Positions 1-10,399 are shown, counted from the first letter of the stretch. The stretch: 64,000 nucleotides of DNA from an uncultured Clostridia bacterium (GCA_934746645.1 CAKVFE010000002.1:220880-284879); one strand, 5' to 3'. Notes: generated by a model not told the origin, from the letters alone. Made by a program: numbers and translations.

Positions 1-1
1 T

Positions 2-862
2 AATATTATGTACGGTTGCAACAACTTCTGTACATATTGTATCGTTCCTTATGTAAGAGGTAGAGAAAGAAGTAGAGCAATGGAAGACATTGTTGATGAA
101 GTTAAACAACTTATTGCTCAAGGTTACAAATACATTACATTGTTAGGTCAAAATGTTAATAGTTATGGCAATGACTTTAAAGATGGCACCAACTTTGCCA
201 AACTTCTTACAACTTTAGCTTCACTTGATGGCGATTTTAGAATTAAATTTATGACTTCACATCCAAAGGATTTAACTGATGAAGTTATCAATGTTATTGC
301 TACTCAACCAAAAATTAGTAAAGTTATTCATTTGCCAGTTCAATCAGGTAGCAACAAGATTTTGAAACTTATGAATCGTAATTATACTGTAGAGCATTAC
401 AAAACTTTAATAGATAAAATTAAAACTCAAGTTCCTAACTATTTTATATCTACAGATATTATTGTTGGCTTCCCACACGAAACTGAAGAAGACTTTATGG
501 CAACTTACAATCTAGTCAATGAAGTAAAATATGGTGGAGTGTACGGATTTATGTATTCTCCAAGAACTGGAACCATTGCTGAAAAGATGGATGAACAAGT
601 ACCACAAGAAGTTAAAAATGAAAGAGTTAATAGATTATTAGCTTTAAGCAAATGTATTATCAAAGAGCAAAATAAAGAATTAATTGGTGCAGTAAGAGAA
701 GCATTAGTTGAATCAAAAGATGGTAATACATATTATGCTGTATTAGATTGTGGTAAAAATGTAATCATCGAATCTAACCAAGAGTTACAATTACCAACTT
801 TCAAAAATGTACTTATAAAAGATATTGAACGCAATAAACTTATTGCCGAATTTGCAGACTAA
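2..862 (+). CDS. miaB: tRNA methylthiotransferase MiaB, C-terminal part (5' end lies outside the window)
   Basis: Radical-SAM CxxxCxxC (CNNFCTYC) at the window edge, HLPVQSGS family motif, C-terminal TRAM-like domain. Position directly upstream of mutS-mutL matches Bacillus/Clostridium. Confidence 0.8.
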   Translation, partial: NIMYGCNNFCTYCIVPYVRGRERSRAMEDIVDEVKQLIAQGYKYITLLGQNVNSYGNDFKDGTNFAKLLTTLASLDGDFRIKFMTSHPKDLTDEVINVIATQPKISKVIHLPVQSGSNKILKLMNRNYTVEHYKTLIDKIKTQVPNYFISTDIIVGFPHETEEDFMATYNLVNEVKYGGVYGFMYSPRTGTIAEKMDEQVPQEVKNERVNRLLALSKCIIKEQNKELIGAVREALVESKDGNTYYAVLDCGKNVIIESNQELQLPTFKNVLIKDIERNKLIAEFAD

Positions 863-907
863 GCTAATAAATAGATTATATAGCCTAGCTAATTAAAAGG
901 AGTATAT

Positions 908-3490
908 ATGGCATTATCACCAATGATGCAACAATATGTCATCACAAAAGAAAAATATAAAGATGCAATCCTAATGTATAGATTGGGAGATTTTTACGAG
1001 ATGTTTTTTGAAGATGCAATAACAGCAAGTAAAGCTCTAGATCTTACACTTACAGGTAAACAATGTGGATTGGAAGAAAGAGCTCCAATGTGTGGTATAC
1101 CATATCACGCACTTGATAGTTATTTGCCAAAACTTATTGAGCAAGGATATAAGGTTGCTATATGCGAACAACTTACCGAGCCTAAGAAAGGTGTTAAACT
1201 TGTTGAGCGTGATGTAGTAAGAGTTATTACACCGGGAACATTGATTGATTCTAATTTGCTAGATGATAAGAAAAACAATTATATCTTGTCTGCTGTTTAT
1301 GCAAACAATCAAGTAGGCGTAACATATACAGATATATCTACAGGTGTATTGTATATGGCTGAGCAAACTCTTGACCAATTTAATGATTTGTTAGTTAGAG
1401 TTCGTCCAAGTGAGATTATATGTAATAGAGAACTAGCTGATATATCTGATACATTACTTGCTTCAAAACTTCAAGTTGTTCCTAATTTTCAAGTAAGAGC
1501 TTTTGAAGATTTTGATTATGATAACAATTATAAAGTTCTAACTAATCAAATAAATATGAAAGAACTTATAGGTATCACAGACAAACAAGAAGCAATAATA
1601 AGTGCTGGTATACTTATTAATTATTTGGTAGAAACTCAAAAAAGAAGTTTAACACACATTAATACAGTATCCTATATCTGTGATAACGAGTTTATGTCTT
1701 TAGATAGCAATACAAGACGCAATCTAGAACTAACAGAAACTATAAAAGATAGAAAGAAGCGTGGTTCATTATTATGGTTGCTTGATAAAACTCAAACAAG
1801 TATGGGTGGCAGAATGCTTAGAAGTTTTATAGAACAACCTTTATATGATGAAAAGTTAATCAACCAAAGGTTAAATGGTGTAGAAGAACTAGTAAAAAAT
1901 ATAATGGTAAGAGATTCACTTAATCAATTATTAAATTCTGTATATGATATAGAAAGATTATGTGGAAAGGTAAGTTACAATAATCTTACACCTAAAGACC
2001 TAGTTGCATTAAAAAATTCGCTAAGTGTATTACCACAAATTAAAGAAAAAATGTCTGTATTTAAAAGTACGATATTAAAAAATATAAGTAAGGATATATT
2101 TGATTATTCTGAAATATACAATATGCTAGATTCTGCTATTGTCGATAATCCTCCTTTTGTATTAAAAGATGGCGGATTTATTAAACCTGGATATAGTAAA
2201 GAATTAGATGATATCAATAATATATCAAAAGTTGGTAAAACTTGGCTTGCTACATTAGAAGCGGAAGAAAGAGAAAAAACCGGCATAAAGACCTTAAAAA
2301 TAGGGTATAACAGCGTATTTGGATACTACATTGAAGTATCTAAAGGTCAAGTTGGACAAGTACCTTATAGATATCAAAGAAAGCAAACTATAGCAAATGC
2401 AGAAAGATACATAACTGATGAACTTAAAGAAATGGAAAATAAAATTCTTCACGCTGAAGAACAAAAAATAAGTTTAGAGATAGAACTATTTAACAAAATC
2501 AGAGAAACATTGCTAGAAAATGTTGGTGCTATGCAAAAAACAGCTAGACAAATAGCAGTACTAGATGCGTTACTATCATTTGCTTCTGTAGCTTGCGAAA
2601 GAAATTATTGTAAACCACAAGTTTCTAGCGAATTAAATACAATAGAAATAGTTAATGGAAGACACCCAGTTGTTGAAGCATTACTTAAAAATGATGACTT
2701 TATACCAAATGACACATATTTAGACAATGCTGATTCTAGAACAATGATTATAACTGGACCTAATATGGCAGGTAAAAGTACATATATGCGTCAAGTCGCT
2801 ATCATTACACTTATGGCTCAAATCGGAAGTTTTGTACCTGCTACAAAGGCTAATATTGCTTTAACAGACAAAATATTTACAAGAGTTGGTGCAAGTGATG
2901 ACCTTGCATTTGGACAAAGTACATTTATGGTAGAAATGTCTGAAGTAAGTAATATATTAAAACAAGCAACTAACAATAGTTTGATAGTTTTAGATGAGGT
3001 TGGTAGAGGTACAAGTACATTTGATGGCTTAAGTATTGCTTGGAGTGTTATGGAGTACTTGAGTAAAACATTAAAAGCAAAAACCTTATTTGCCACTCAC
3101 TATCACGAATTAACCGAACTTGAAGGCGTACTAGAAGGTGTTAAAAATTATCGAATTAATGTTAAAGAATTTAATGATTCTATAATATTCTTAAGAAAAA
3201 TTGTTAGAGGTGGAGCAAATAAGAGTTTTGGTATAGAAGTTGCAAAACTTGCTGGACTACCAGACAATGTTATATCAAGAGCAAAAGAAATTTTGCATAC
3301 ATTGGAAGAAAATGAAATTAATAAAAACTCTTCACTTACGACAATAAATTCGACAGCTGAAAGCATTAAATATCAGAAAAATGCTATAGAAGTTGCCAAT
3401 ATATTAAAAGATGTCAATGTTGAAACATTAACTCCACTTAATGCTTTTGACCTAATTTTAACCTTAACAGAAAAAGTAAAAAAGGATTAG
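908..3490 (+). CDS. mutS: DNA mismatch repair protein MutS
   Basis: 860 aa. N-terminal SPMMQQY mismatch-binding start, Walker A GPNMAGKST, STFMVEM and DEVGRGTST motifs. RBS aaaggag upstream. Confidence 0.97.
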   Translation: MALSPMMQQYVITKEKYKDAILMYRLGDFYEMFFEDAITASKALDLTLTGKQCGLEERAPMCGIPYHALDSYLPKLIEQGYKVAICEQLTEPKKGVKLVERDVVRVITPGTLIDSNLLDDKKNNYILSAVYANNQVGVTYTDISTGVLYMAEQTLDQFNDLLVRVRPSEIICNRELADISDTLLASKLQVVPNFQVRAFEDFDYDNNYKVLTNQINMKELIGITDKQEAIISAGILINYLVETQKRSLTHINTVSYICDNEFMSLDSNTRRNLELTETIKDRKKRGSLLWLLDKTQTSMGGRMLRSFIEQPLYDEKLINQRLNGVEELVKNIMVRDSLNQLLNSVYDIERLCGKVSYNNLTPKDLVALKNSLSVLPQIKEKMSVFKSTILKNISKDIFDYSEIYNMLDSAIVDNPPFVLKDGGFIKPGYSKELDDINNISKVGKTWLATLEAEEREKTGIKTLKIGYNSVFGYYIEVSKGQVGQVPYRYQRKQTIANAERYITDELKEMENKILHAEEQKISLEIELFNKIRETLLENVGAMQKTARQIAVLDALLSFASVACERNYCKPQVSSELNTIEIVNGRHPVVEALLKNDDFIPNDTYLDNADSRTMIITGPNMAGKSTYMRQVAIITLMAQIGSFVPATKANIALTDKIFTRVGASDDLAFGQSTFMVEMSEVSNILKQATNNSLIVLDEVGRGTSTFDGLSIAWSVMEYLSKTLKAKTLFATHYHELTELEGVLEGVKNYRINVKEFNDSIIFLRKIVRGGANKSFGIEVAKLAGLPDNVISRAKEILHTLEENEINKNSSLTTINSTAESIKYQKNAIEVANILKDVNVETLTPLNAFDLILTLTEKVKKD

Positions 3491-3496
3491 AAAAAT

Positions 3497-5437
3497 ATGC
3501 CAAATATTAATATTCTTGATAAAACAATCTTTAATAGAATCGCTGCAGGTGAAGTAGTTGAAAAACCTGCTAGCGTTGTTAAAGAATTAGTAGAAAATAG
3601 TATTGATGCAAAATCTACCAATATTACTATTGAAGTAGAGGGTGGTGGCATCAAAAAAATAAGAGTAACTGATAATGGTTGTGGTATGGATATTGACAAT
3701 CTACCAAAAGCATTTTTACCACACGCTACAAGCAAAATATCTTGTTTAGATGATTTAGACAAGATAGGTACTTTAGGTTTTAGAGGTGAAGCACTTAGTA
3801 GTATAGCTTCAGTTGCTAATATAACAGCAGTAAGTAAAGTTAAAGAAAGAGAATCTGGTGCAAAAATTATTATTAACGGTGGTGAAGTTGAATCTGTAGC
3901 AGAAACAGGTTGTGTTGATGGTACTAGCATAACAATAGAAAATTTATTCTATAATGTTCCTGCTAGAGCAAAATTCCTTCGCAAACCAAAAACTGAAGAA
4001 AATGAAATAACAAATTTAGTTTCAAGATTAATTCTTGCTAATCCAAATATCTCTATTAAATATGTTGCTGATGGGAAGACAATTTATCATTCTACAGCAA
4101 CAGGTTTAAAAGATGCAATATATACTGTATATGGCGCTTCTGTAGTTGAAAATTTAGTTCCTATAGACTATACATATCAAAATATTATTAAAGTTGATGG
4201 ATATATAGGAATACCTTCATTTACTAAGCCTAATAGGACTTATCAAACTATTATTATTAATGGTAGATATGTCAACAATAAAACCATTTCTACAGCCATT
4301 TTTAACGCTTATGAGCCATATATTATGAAAAGTTGTTTCCCATTCTTTGTTGTAAGTATGACTATACCTTTGGATAAAGTAGATGTAAATGTTCATCCAA
4401 ATAAACTTGATGTAAAATTTGAAAATAATAATTTAATATTTGGTGCATTCTATACTCCAATAAATGAAGTTTTATTAAATTTAAGTTCAAAAATAAGAAA
4501 ATATGAATCTGAAGAAAAAGAAGAACCAGCCACAAGTTCTCAGACTGTAAACTTTAACAATTTACATACTTTAGACAATAATATAGGTTCTCAATTTAAT
4601 AATAATGAATCTCAAGAAAAAGTAGACACAGTAAAATATGCTACTATTGAAGATGATGAACCATCACCACAATTAATTGATAATAGTTTTAAATCTGAAA
4701 CCGAACAAAATATTGCTCAATCTATTAATTCATTTTTAAGTAATAAAGAATTTGAGTTTGAAGTTAACACTAACGAAATTTCACAAAATATGATTAATAG
4801 AGCAACACAAGAACATATATTCAAACAATCTGATATGTTTGATGATAGAAAAGTAGATTTAGCTTCATTAAAAATTGTTGGTACTTGCTTTAATACATAT
4901 ATTATTGTTGAAAATAATGATAGTATATTCTTTATTGACCAGCACGCAGGACACGAAAGATTGTTGTATGACAAATTTAAAGCATCATTTGAAAAAGATG
5001 ATTTGGTAGTACAATCACTATTAGTACCTTATGTTTTAAATACAAATTATCTAGAAAGCAACTTTATTAATAACAACATAGATGTATTTAAATCTTTAGG
5101 ATTTGATATCGAACCTTTTGGTATAAATAGTTTTAAAGTATCTTCTGTTCCAGTTTTGTTAAAAGACATTTCTTTATATCAATTCTTTAATGAAGTATTG
5201 CAAGATGTAAATAAGAACTTAAACTTAACTAAATCTGACATATTAAAGGAATACTTAGAGCGTTCTGCTTGCAGAAGTGCAGTAAAAGCAAACGACATAT
5301 TATCTAAACAAGAAATAGAAATTTTGCTTAATATGTTAAATCAAAACAACCAAATTTTGCAATGCCCACATGGTAGACCAGTTATTATCGAAATAACAGA
5401 TAAAGAAATTGAAAAATGGTTTAAAAGGATTGTTTAA
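3497..5437 (+). CDS. mutL: DNA mismatch repair protein MutL
   Basis: GHKL ATPase N-terminus (AAGEVVEKPASVVKELVENSIDA, DNGCGM), C-terminal DQHAGHERL endonuclease/dimerisation motif. Follows mutS. Confidence 0.97.
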   Translation: MPNINILDKTIFNRIAAGEVVEKPASVVKELVENSIDAKSTNITIEVEGGGIKKIRVTDNGCGMDIDNLPKAFLPHATSKISCLDDLDKIGTLGFRGEALSSIASVANITAVSKVKERESGAKIIINGGEVESVAETGCVDGTSITIENLFYNVPARAKFLRKPKTEENEITNLVSRLILANPNISIKYVADGKTIYHSTATGLKDAIYTVYGASVVENLVPIDYTYQNIIKVDGYIGIPSFTKPNRTYQTIIINGRYVNNKTISTAIFNAYEPYIMKSCFPFFVVSMTIPLDKVDVNVHPNKLDVKFENNNLIFGAFYTPINEVLLNLSSKIRKYESEEKEEPATSSQTVNFNNLHTLDNNIGSQFNNNESQEKVDTVKYATIEDDEPSPQLIDNSFKSETEQNIAQSINSFLSNKEFEFEVNTNEISQNMINRATQEHIFKQSDMFDDRKVDLASLKIVGTCFNTYIIVENNDSIFFIDQHAGHERLLYDKFKASFEKDDLVVQSLLVPYVLNTNYLESNFINNNIDVFKSLGFDIEPFGINSFKVSSVPVLLKDISLYQFFNEVLQDVNKNLNLTKSDILKEYLERSACRSAVKANDILSKQEIEILLNMLNQNNQILQCPHGRPVIIEITDKEIEKWFKRIV

Positions 5438-6369
5438 TGTATAACTCAATTATTATATTAGGCCCAACTGCAAGTGGTAAAACTGATATTTCCATTAACT
5501 TAGCAAAACAGCTTAATTCAGAAATAATAAATGCTGATTGTATGCAAATTTATAAAGAATTAGACATTGGAACTGCTAAAGCTAGTATTGAAGAACAAGA
5601 TGGAATAAAACACCATTTACTTGATTTTGTTGAACCTACAAAAGAATTTAGTGTATCCGAATATCGTGATTTAGCTCTTCCAATTATTGAAAATTTGATA
5701 AAAGAAAATAAAGTGCCAATAATTGTAGGTGGAACAGGATTTTATGTACAAAGTCTATTACTAGACAACAATTATGGTAATAGTTATAAATCTGAAGGAC
5801 TTAGACTTCAATTAAAAAATTTAGCTTCTGAAAAGGGTAATATGGAAGTCTATAATATACTAAAGGATATAGACCCAGAAAGTGCCGAAACCATACATCC
5901 TAATGACTTAAAAAGAGTAATACGAGCTATAGAAATTTTTAAGTTATCTGGGCACAAAAAATCCGAACTAAAGCGTACTATGCAAACTAATATGCAAAAT
6001 AGTATAAAACCCCTAATTATAGTACTAAATCGTAATCGTGATGAGTTATATAATAGAATAAATCTAAGAGTTGATTTAATGATAAAAGCAGGACTTGTAG
6101 ACGAAGTAAAAAATCTTGTTTCAAAATATAATTTAACAATTGATAATCAATGTATGCAAGGCATAGGATACAAAGAAATTTTGGATTATATTAATAATAT
6201 CGTTGATATAAATACAGCTATAGAAAATATTAAAATCAACACAAGACACTATGCAAAAAGACAACTTACTTGGTTTAGAAATCAAGTCGATGCTTTATGG
6301 ATAAATTTAAGTGAAACATCTAAAGATGATGCAGTAAAATATATTATTGATAAATTTAACAATGAGTAA
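5437..6369 (+). CDS. miaA: tRNA dimethylallyltransferase MiaA
   Basis: P-loop GPTASGKT, MQIYKELDIGTAKA motif, about 310 aa. Start overlaps the mutL stop (TAATG). Confidence 0.95.
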   Translation: MYNSIIILGPTASGKTDISINLAKQLNSEIINADCMQIYKELDIGTAKASIEEQDGIKHHLLDFVEPTKEFSVSEYRDLALPIIENLIKENKVPIIVGGTGFYVQSLLLDNNYGNSYKSEGLRLQLKNLASEKGNMEVYNILKDIDPESAETIHPNDLKRVIRAIEIFKLSGHKKSELKRTMQTNMQNSIKPLIIVLNRNRDELYNRINLRVDLMIKAGLVDEVKNLVSKYNLTIDNQCMQGIGYKEILDYINNIVDINTAIENIKINTRHYAKRQLTWFRNQVDALWINLSETSKDDAVKYIIDKFNNE

Positions 6370-6375
6370 AAAAGA

Positions 6376-6408
6376 AAAAGACATATTAAAAATATGTCTT
6401 TTTTTATT
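6376..6408. terminator. Bidirectional Rho-independent terminator between convergent miaA and lexA
   Basis: Hairpin aagacatat/atatgtctt flanked by an A-run and a T-run. Confidence 0.8.
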
Positions 6409-6417
6409 ATTTTAAAA

Positions 6418-7020
6418 TTAAAATTTTCTAATAAGACCAATAACTTTACCCAATATCTCACAATGGTCAGTATAAATTGGTGCCATTGTATCATTTTCAG
6501 GTTGTAAACGGAATCTATTTTCTTCTTTATAAAATCTTTTTACTGTAGCGCAATTATCAATTAAAACAGCAGCTATTTCACCATTGTCAACACTAGGTTG
6601 TTGTTTTACAATTATTTTATCTCCATCAAAGATACCTGCATTTATCATTGATTCACCACTAACTGTCAATATAAACAATCCCTCGCCACGGAAAAGGTTA
6701 GGAGATGCTAATAAATATTCTTCAGTATTTTCAACAGCCAATATAGGTTCACCAGCAGTTATTTTTCCAACAATAGGTATTCTTAAATAATTGCTAAAAT
6801 TAGATATTGTTTCGCCCACAACTTCCAAAGCTCTATTTTTGTTCGGATTCTTTTTAATTTGTCCGTTGTTTTCCAATTTGTTTAAATAATAAGATATTGT
6901 GCTTGTTGAACTAACTTTTATAGCTCTACACATTTCTCTTACTGTAGGTGGATATCCATATTCTTCTTGATGAGTTTTGATAAAATCAAGCAATTCTTCT
7001 TCTTTATTACACTTACGCAT
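6418..7020 (-). CDS. lexA: LexA repressor (SOS regulator, S24 peptidase)
   Basis: wHTH N-terminus (GYPPTVREM), AG cleavage region (KITAGEPI), catalytic Ser in SGESM and Lys in VKRF. 200 aa. Confidence 0.95.
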   Translation of the reverse strand: MRKCNKEEELLDFIKTHQEEYGYPPTVREMCRAIKVSSTSTISYYLNKLENNGQIKKNPNKNRALEVVGETISNFSNYLRIPIVGKITAGEPILAVENTEEYLLASPNLFRGEGLFILTVSGESMINAGIFDGDKIIVKQQPSVDNGEIAAVLIDNCATVKRFYKEENRFRLQPENDTMAPIYTDHCEILGKVIGLIRKF

Positions 7021-7051
7021 TTAATACCTCATTGTATTTTAATTATAAATA

Positions 7052-7092
7052 ATAATACCATATAAATTACTCATTGTCAAACATTTGTTCTA
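7052..7092 (-). promoter_or_regulatory. lexA promoter with overlapping SOS (Cheo-type) box
   Basis: Minus strand reads TAGAACAAATGTTTGACA-17 nt-TATTAT. -35 TTGACA is at 7075-7080 and -10 TATTAT at 7052-7057. GAAC-N4-GTTT (one mismatch to GAAC-N4-GTTC) at 7079-7092 overlaps the -35. Confidence 0.55.
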
Positions 7093-7124
7093 TCACAATA
7101 AAAAATAATTTATATGGCTATTAA

Positions 7125-8192
7125 TTAATCTTTTCTTAATTTAACTTTAGTTGCTGCTTCACGACGAATATCTTCAGACATAGCAGCATAATGCTTACGC
7201 GTTGTATTGACATCTTTATGTCCAAGCACTGACGCAACAACATAAATATCGTTGGTTTCTCTATACAAATTAGTACCATAGGTACTTCTTAATTTATGTG
7301 GTGTAATATGTTTTAAAGGTGTTACAACACTAGCATATTTTTTAACCAATTTTTCTACAGTTCTTACATTCATACGCTTATTTTGTAGACTAATAAATAG
7401 GGCATGTTCGTCTTTAGATAATCCATTAATTGTATTTCTAACAGATATCCATTTTTGCAAAGCCTCTTTAACTTCATCTCCAAAATACAAAATTACACGG
7501 CTTCCACCTTTTCTAGTTATTGTAAATGCGTTATTGTCAAAATCAATATCTTCAACATTAAGACCAACACATTCAGATATACGGATACCAGTGCCTAAAA
7601 ATAGCGATAAAAGGGCATAATCACGCTCTTTTGTATGATTGTGAAAACCTTTTTGCATAGTAGTCAATCCAGAGCCATCTTCTGACATATTAAGTAGTTT
7701 TACGACTTCATCAACTTCAAGTCTTATTATCTCACTATCTCGATATTTTGGTGTATCAACTTTTGTACCAACATTATTATCAATTTTCTCTTTTTTAAAG
7801 AAATATTTTAATAGAGCTCTAACACTGCTTAGTTTTCTTCCTTTGCCTTTTAGTCCATTTCTATATGTTTTTTTACCAACTTTATATACGGTAAGGTAAT
7901 CCATAAACATTTCTAAATGTGTACTAGTAACTTTATTTAAGTCATCTAAAGTCAAATCAGCTACTTTTTTACCATAAAATTCTTGCGTATTGGTTACTAA
8001 AAAATCGAAAAAAATCTTCAAATCTCTACCATATCCAAGTCTGGTTAATGGCATAGTCTGGTTTTCTATTCCCATAAAAAACTGGCCACAAAAAGCAGGT
8101 AATTCAAGCCTTAGTTCTCTTAATTTTAAAATATTTTCTTCATCTCTTTGATTAAAATAATTAGAATTTCCCATAATTAAATTATATAACAA
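7125..8192 (-). CDS. Tyrosine recombinase / phage-integrase family protein (XerC/D-like)
   Basis: C-terminal catalytic signature (GTGIRISE Arg, HKLRSTYGT, LGHKDVNTTRKHY with terminal Tyr). N-terminal SAM-like domain. Start uncertain: TTG at 8192 or ATG at 8174, neither with a good RBS. Confidence 0.85.
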   Translation of the reverse strand: MLYNLIMGNSNYFNQRDEENILKLRELRLELPAFCGQFFMGIENQTMPLTRLGYGRDLKIFFDFLVTNTQEFYGKKVADLTLDDLNKVTSTHLEMFMDYLTVYKVGKKTYRNGLKGKGRKLSSVRALLKYFFKKEKIDNNVGTKVDTPKYRDSEIIRLEVDEVVKLLNMSEDGSGLTTMQKGFHNHTKERDYALLSLFLGTGIRISECVGLNVEDIDFDNNAFTITRKGGSRVILYFGDEVKEALQKWISVRNTINGLSKDEHALFISLQNKRMNVRTVEKLVKKYASVVTPLKHITPHKLRSTYGTNLYRETNDIYVVASVLGHKDVNTTRKHYAAMSEDIRREAATKVKLRKD

Positions 8193-8285
8193 TTCGCAAA
8201 ATATTACAAATTAATTGAAATAGTATGACAATTATATTTTGATATGTTAGAATAAATTATCTAAAGAAAAAGGGGATTTTGGGTA

Positions 8286-9170
8286 ATGTTAGATTTAAGT
8301 GAATATCTTAATATTAATGAAATCAAAAATTATAAAAATGTTAAAGAAAATATGATTACAATAGCTGAATATGCTGTTGGACAATATTTTGCAGATAAAC
8401 CATTATTTAAAACAAACAATTTTAAATATTATTATTATGACGATTATTCATTTGATACAAATACAAGTTTTAACAACTATATGACATTGTATATTGAAAT
8501 TAATCAGCCAAACAATGTAAAAGAAGTTCAAAGTAAAAAAATCATTAAAAAAGACGACAAATTAAAGGATTTACATCTAACACTTAAAGATATAAAAGAT
8601 GGTCTATTTAATGAATTATTGACTTGTTTTGACAGTAATACATTATTATGGCAAGAAGATTATAGTATTAATTTGTCAATCAATGAGATACTTGATGAAG
8701 TTAAAACAAATTATTTGGTAAGAGTAATACCTTGTTTTACTTATAAAAATGAAAATAATGTTTCTGGTGTAATTTATTATAATAATGATATGAACAAAAT
8801 CGAAATAGAATATCCATTAATAAGCACAAAAAACATTAAGAACAAAAATAAAGAGACAAAAAATTTGTACCAATATTTTGATGTTATGATAAAAAATATG
8901 CTTCAAATTGAAAGAAAAGAAAATTTTATCTATTTTGAAATATTTGAATCACTTTTATATAATGTTCCTAATAGTTTATATGTTGATAAATCTGAAAAAA
9001 CATTATTCCAAATAATCAATTTTTTACGCAATAATAATCTAAAAGAATATAAAACAATTGATGAACAAGATTATATGTTTACATCAAAATACAAGTCATT
9101 TTCAATATTATATGTAAAACACGCTTTATCTCAAATTGAAAAGCATTTAAAGAAACTTATGAAAGATTAA
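8286..9170 (+). CDS. Hypothetical protein, nucleotidyltransferase-fold-like (apparently lacking catalytic GS / DxD residues)
   Basis: 294 aa ORF with RBS aaaagggga. The C-terminal segment FEIFESLLYNVPNSLY resembles, from memory, the helical motif of SMODS/CD-NTase-type nucleotidyltransferases. The position expected for GS...DxD reads DDYSFDTNTSFNNYMTLYIEI. Confidence 0.35.
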   Translation: MLDLSEYLNINEIKNYKNVKENMITIAEYAVGQYFADKPLFKTNNFKYYYYDDYSFDTNTSFNNYMTLYIEINQPNNVKEVQSKKIIKKDDKLKDLHLTLKDIKDGLFNELLTCFDSNTLLWQEDYSINLSINEILDEVKTNYLVRVIPCFTYKNENNVSGVIYYNNDMNKIEIEYPLISTKNIKNKNKETKNLYQYFDVMIKNMLQIERKENFIYFEIFESLLYNVPNSLYVDKSEKTLFQIINFLRNNNLKEYKTIDEQDYMFTSKYKSFSILYVKHALSQIEKHLKKLMKD

Positions 9171-9461
9171 TACAAGCTAAAAATAATAAATAAACGGATT
9201 ATAAGTCGACAAGGAAATAAAATTGTCATTATAATTCGTTTTTTTTAGTGCTATGCAAACTTTTATAATATAAATTAATGTAAAAAAATTAAATTTTTAA
9301 CCAATTAATTGATCATTTAATTAATAAAAACGCTTAAAAATATAGTTTTTATCGATAAATTAAAAGATATAATTTATATGTTAGTTTAATAATAAATTAA
9401 ACAATTAGAATTATAAATAAAAAACAAATATCATAAATTGTTGAAAAATTTGTTAAAAATC

Positions 9462-9489
9462 AAAATGGCTTTAAAAAGCCATTTTTTAT
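9462..9489 (+). terminator. Rho-independent terminator-like hairpin about 290 nt downstream of the 8286-9170 ORF
   Basis: aaaatggctt-taaa-aagccatttt followed by a T-run. Confidence 0.55.
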
Positions 9490-9493
9490 ACTT

Positions 9494-9527
9494 AACTATT
9501 CGCAAAACTATCCTTTTGCGAATAGTT
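9494..9527. other. Perfect 12-bp inverted repeat hairpin in a long non-coding region
   Basis: aactattcgcaa (9494-9505) and ttgcgaatagtt (9516-9527) with a 10-nt loop. No adjacent T-run. Confidence 0.6.
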
Positions 9528-9573
9528 TAATTGTGTATTTTTTTATAAAATTGTAGTATTGTCCATTTATTCC

Positions 9574-9615
9574 CTATAAAAAATAAGGAACAATATTATC
9601 AATAGTTCCTTATTT
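9574..9615 (-). terminator. Terminator of the YgjP-like peptidase gene
   Basis: Stem aaataaggaac/gttccttattt, followed on the minus strand by TTTTTATA. Confidence 0.7.
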
Positions 9616-9625
9616 AATGATTAAA

Positions 9626-10297
9626 TTATCTTAATAACTGTAATACAAAATTGTATTCTTTTAATCGTGCCCTATGTTTTTTATAATCTGGCATCACACT
9701 TTCAATAATCCTATAAAACTCTTTGCTGTGGTTAAACTCTAGTAAGTGACTTAACTCGTGTATAACAATATAATCTATAACTTTATGTGGTAACATACTT
9801 AGTCTTAAATTAAATTTAAGCTCTGCATTTATACTACAACTGCCCCATTTTGACTTGGAATTGTCAATCTTTATGCTACTATAATTAACTTGCATTAGGT
9901 CTGCAAAATAGCTTAATCTAGCCATTATTATCTCTTTTGTTATATTAGAATACCATTTAATTAATAATAAGTTTCTTCTATCTTCATCAATATTGGCTGG
10001 TACAAATATATTACTACCCGATATTTCTATATCTTTTAACTTATCAATTTCTATTTTTGTGTATCTTTCTCCACAAAAAAGATATTTATTACCATTAAAT
10101 AGTTCATTGTTATCTAAATTGGTATTTTGAATAACCTTTTGTTTGTTTAATATCCATTTTTCTTTTTGTTTTATAAAAGAATAAATGTACTCCATACTCA
10201 ATTTTCTTGGAGCTCTTACAATCAATTCTCCCTTTTTAGATATTGTTAAACTTAAACTTTTTCTGTTAGTTCTTATTATTGCTGTAGGATTAACCAT
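9626..10297 (-). CDS. YgjP-like (DUF45/M48-family) zinc metallopeptidase
   Basis: HExxH in IHELSHLLEFNHSKEF near the C-terminus. About 220 aa, typical size and layout of the YgjP/DUF45 family. Confidence 0.75.
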   Translation of the reverse strand: MVNPTAIIRTNRKSLSLTISKKGELIVRAPRKLSMEYIYSFIKQKEKWILNKQKVIQNTNLDNNELFNGNKYLFCGERYTKIEIDKLKDIEISGSNIFVPANIDEDRRNLLLIKWYSNITKEIIMARLSYFADLMQVNYSSIKIDNSKSKWGSCSINAELKFNLRLSMLPHKVIDYIVIHELSHLLEFNHSKEFYRIIESVMPDYKKHRARLKEYNFVLQLLR

Positions 10298-10399
10298 ATT
10301 ATCTTCTCCACCTATTCAATTATAGCATAAATGGCTTTATTATTACTACTTTTTTTGATTGCATAATACTATTTAATACTAGATTGCATAGTATTTTAA

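Noticed and set aside
7125-9625. Integrated prophage remnant or genomic island marked by the integrase
   Set aside because: There is no flanking tRNA, no direct repeats that I could find, no phage structural or replication genes, and the composition is indistinguishable from the surroundings. It is kept only as a low-key hypothesis in the findings.
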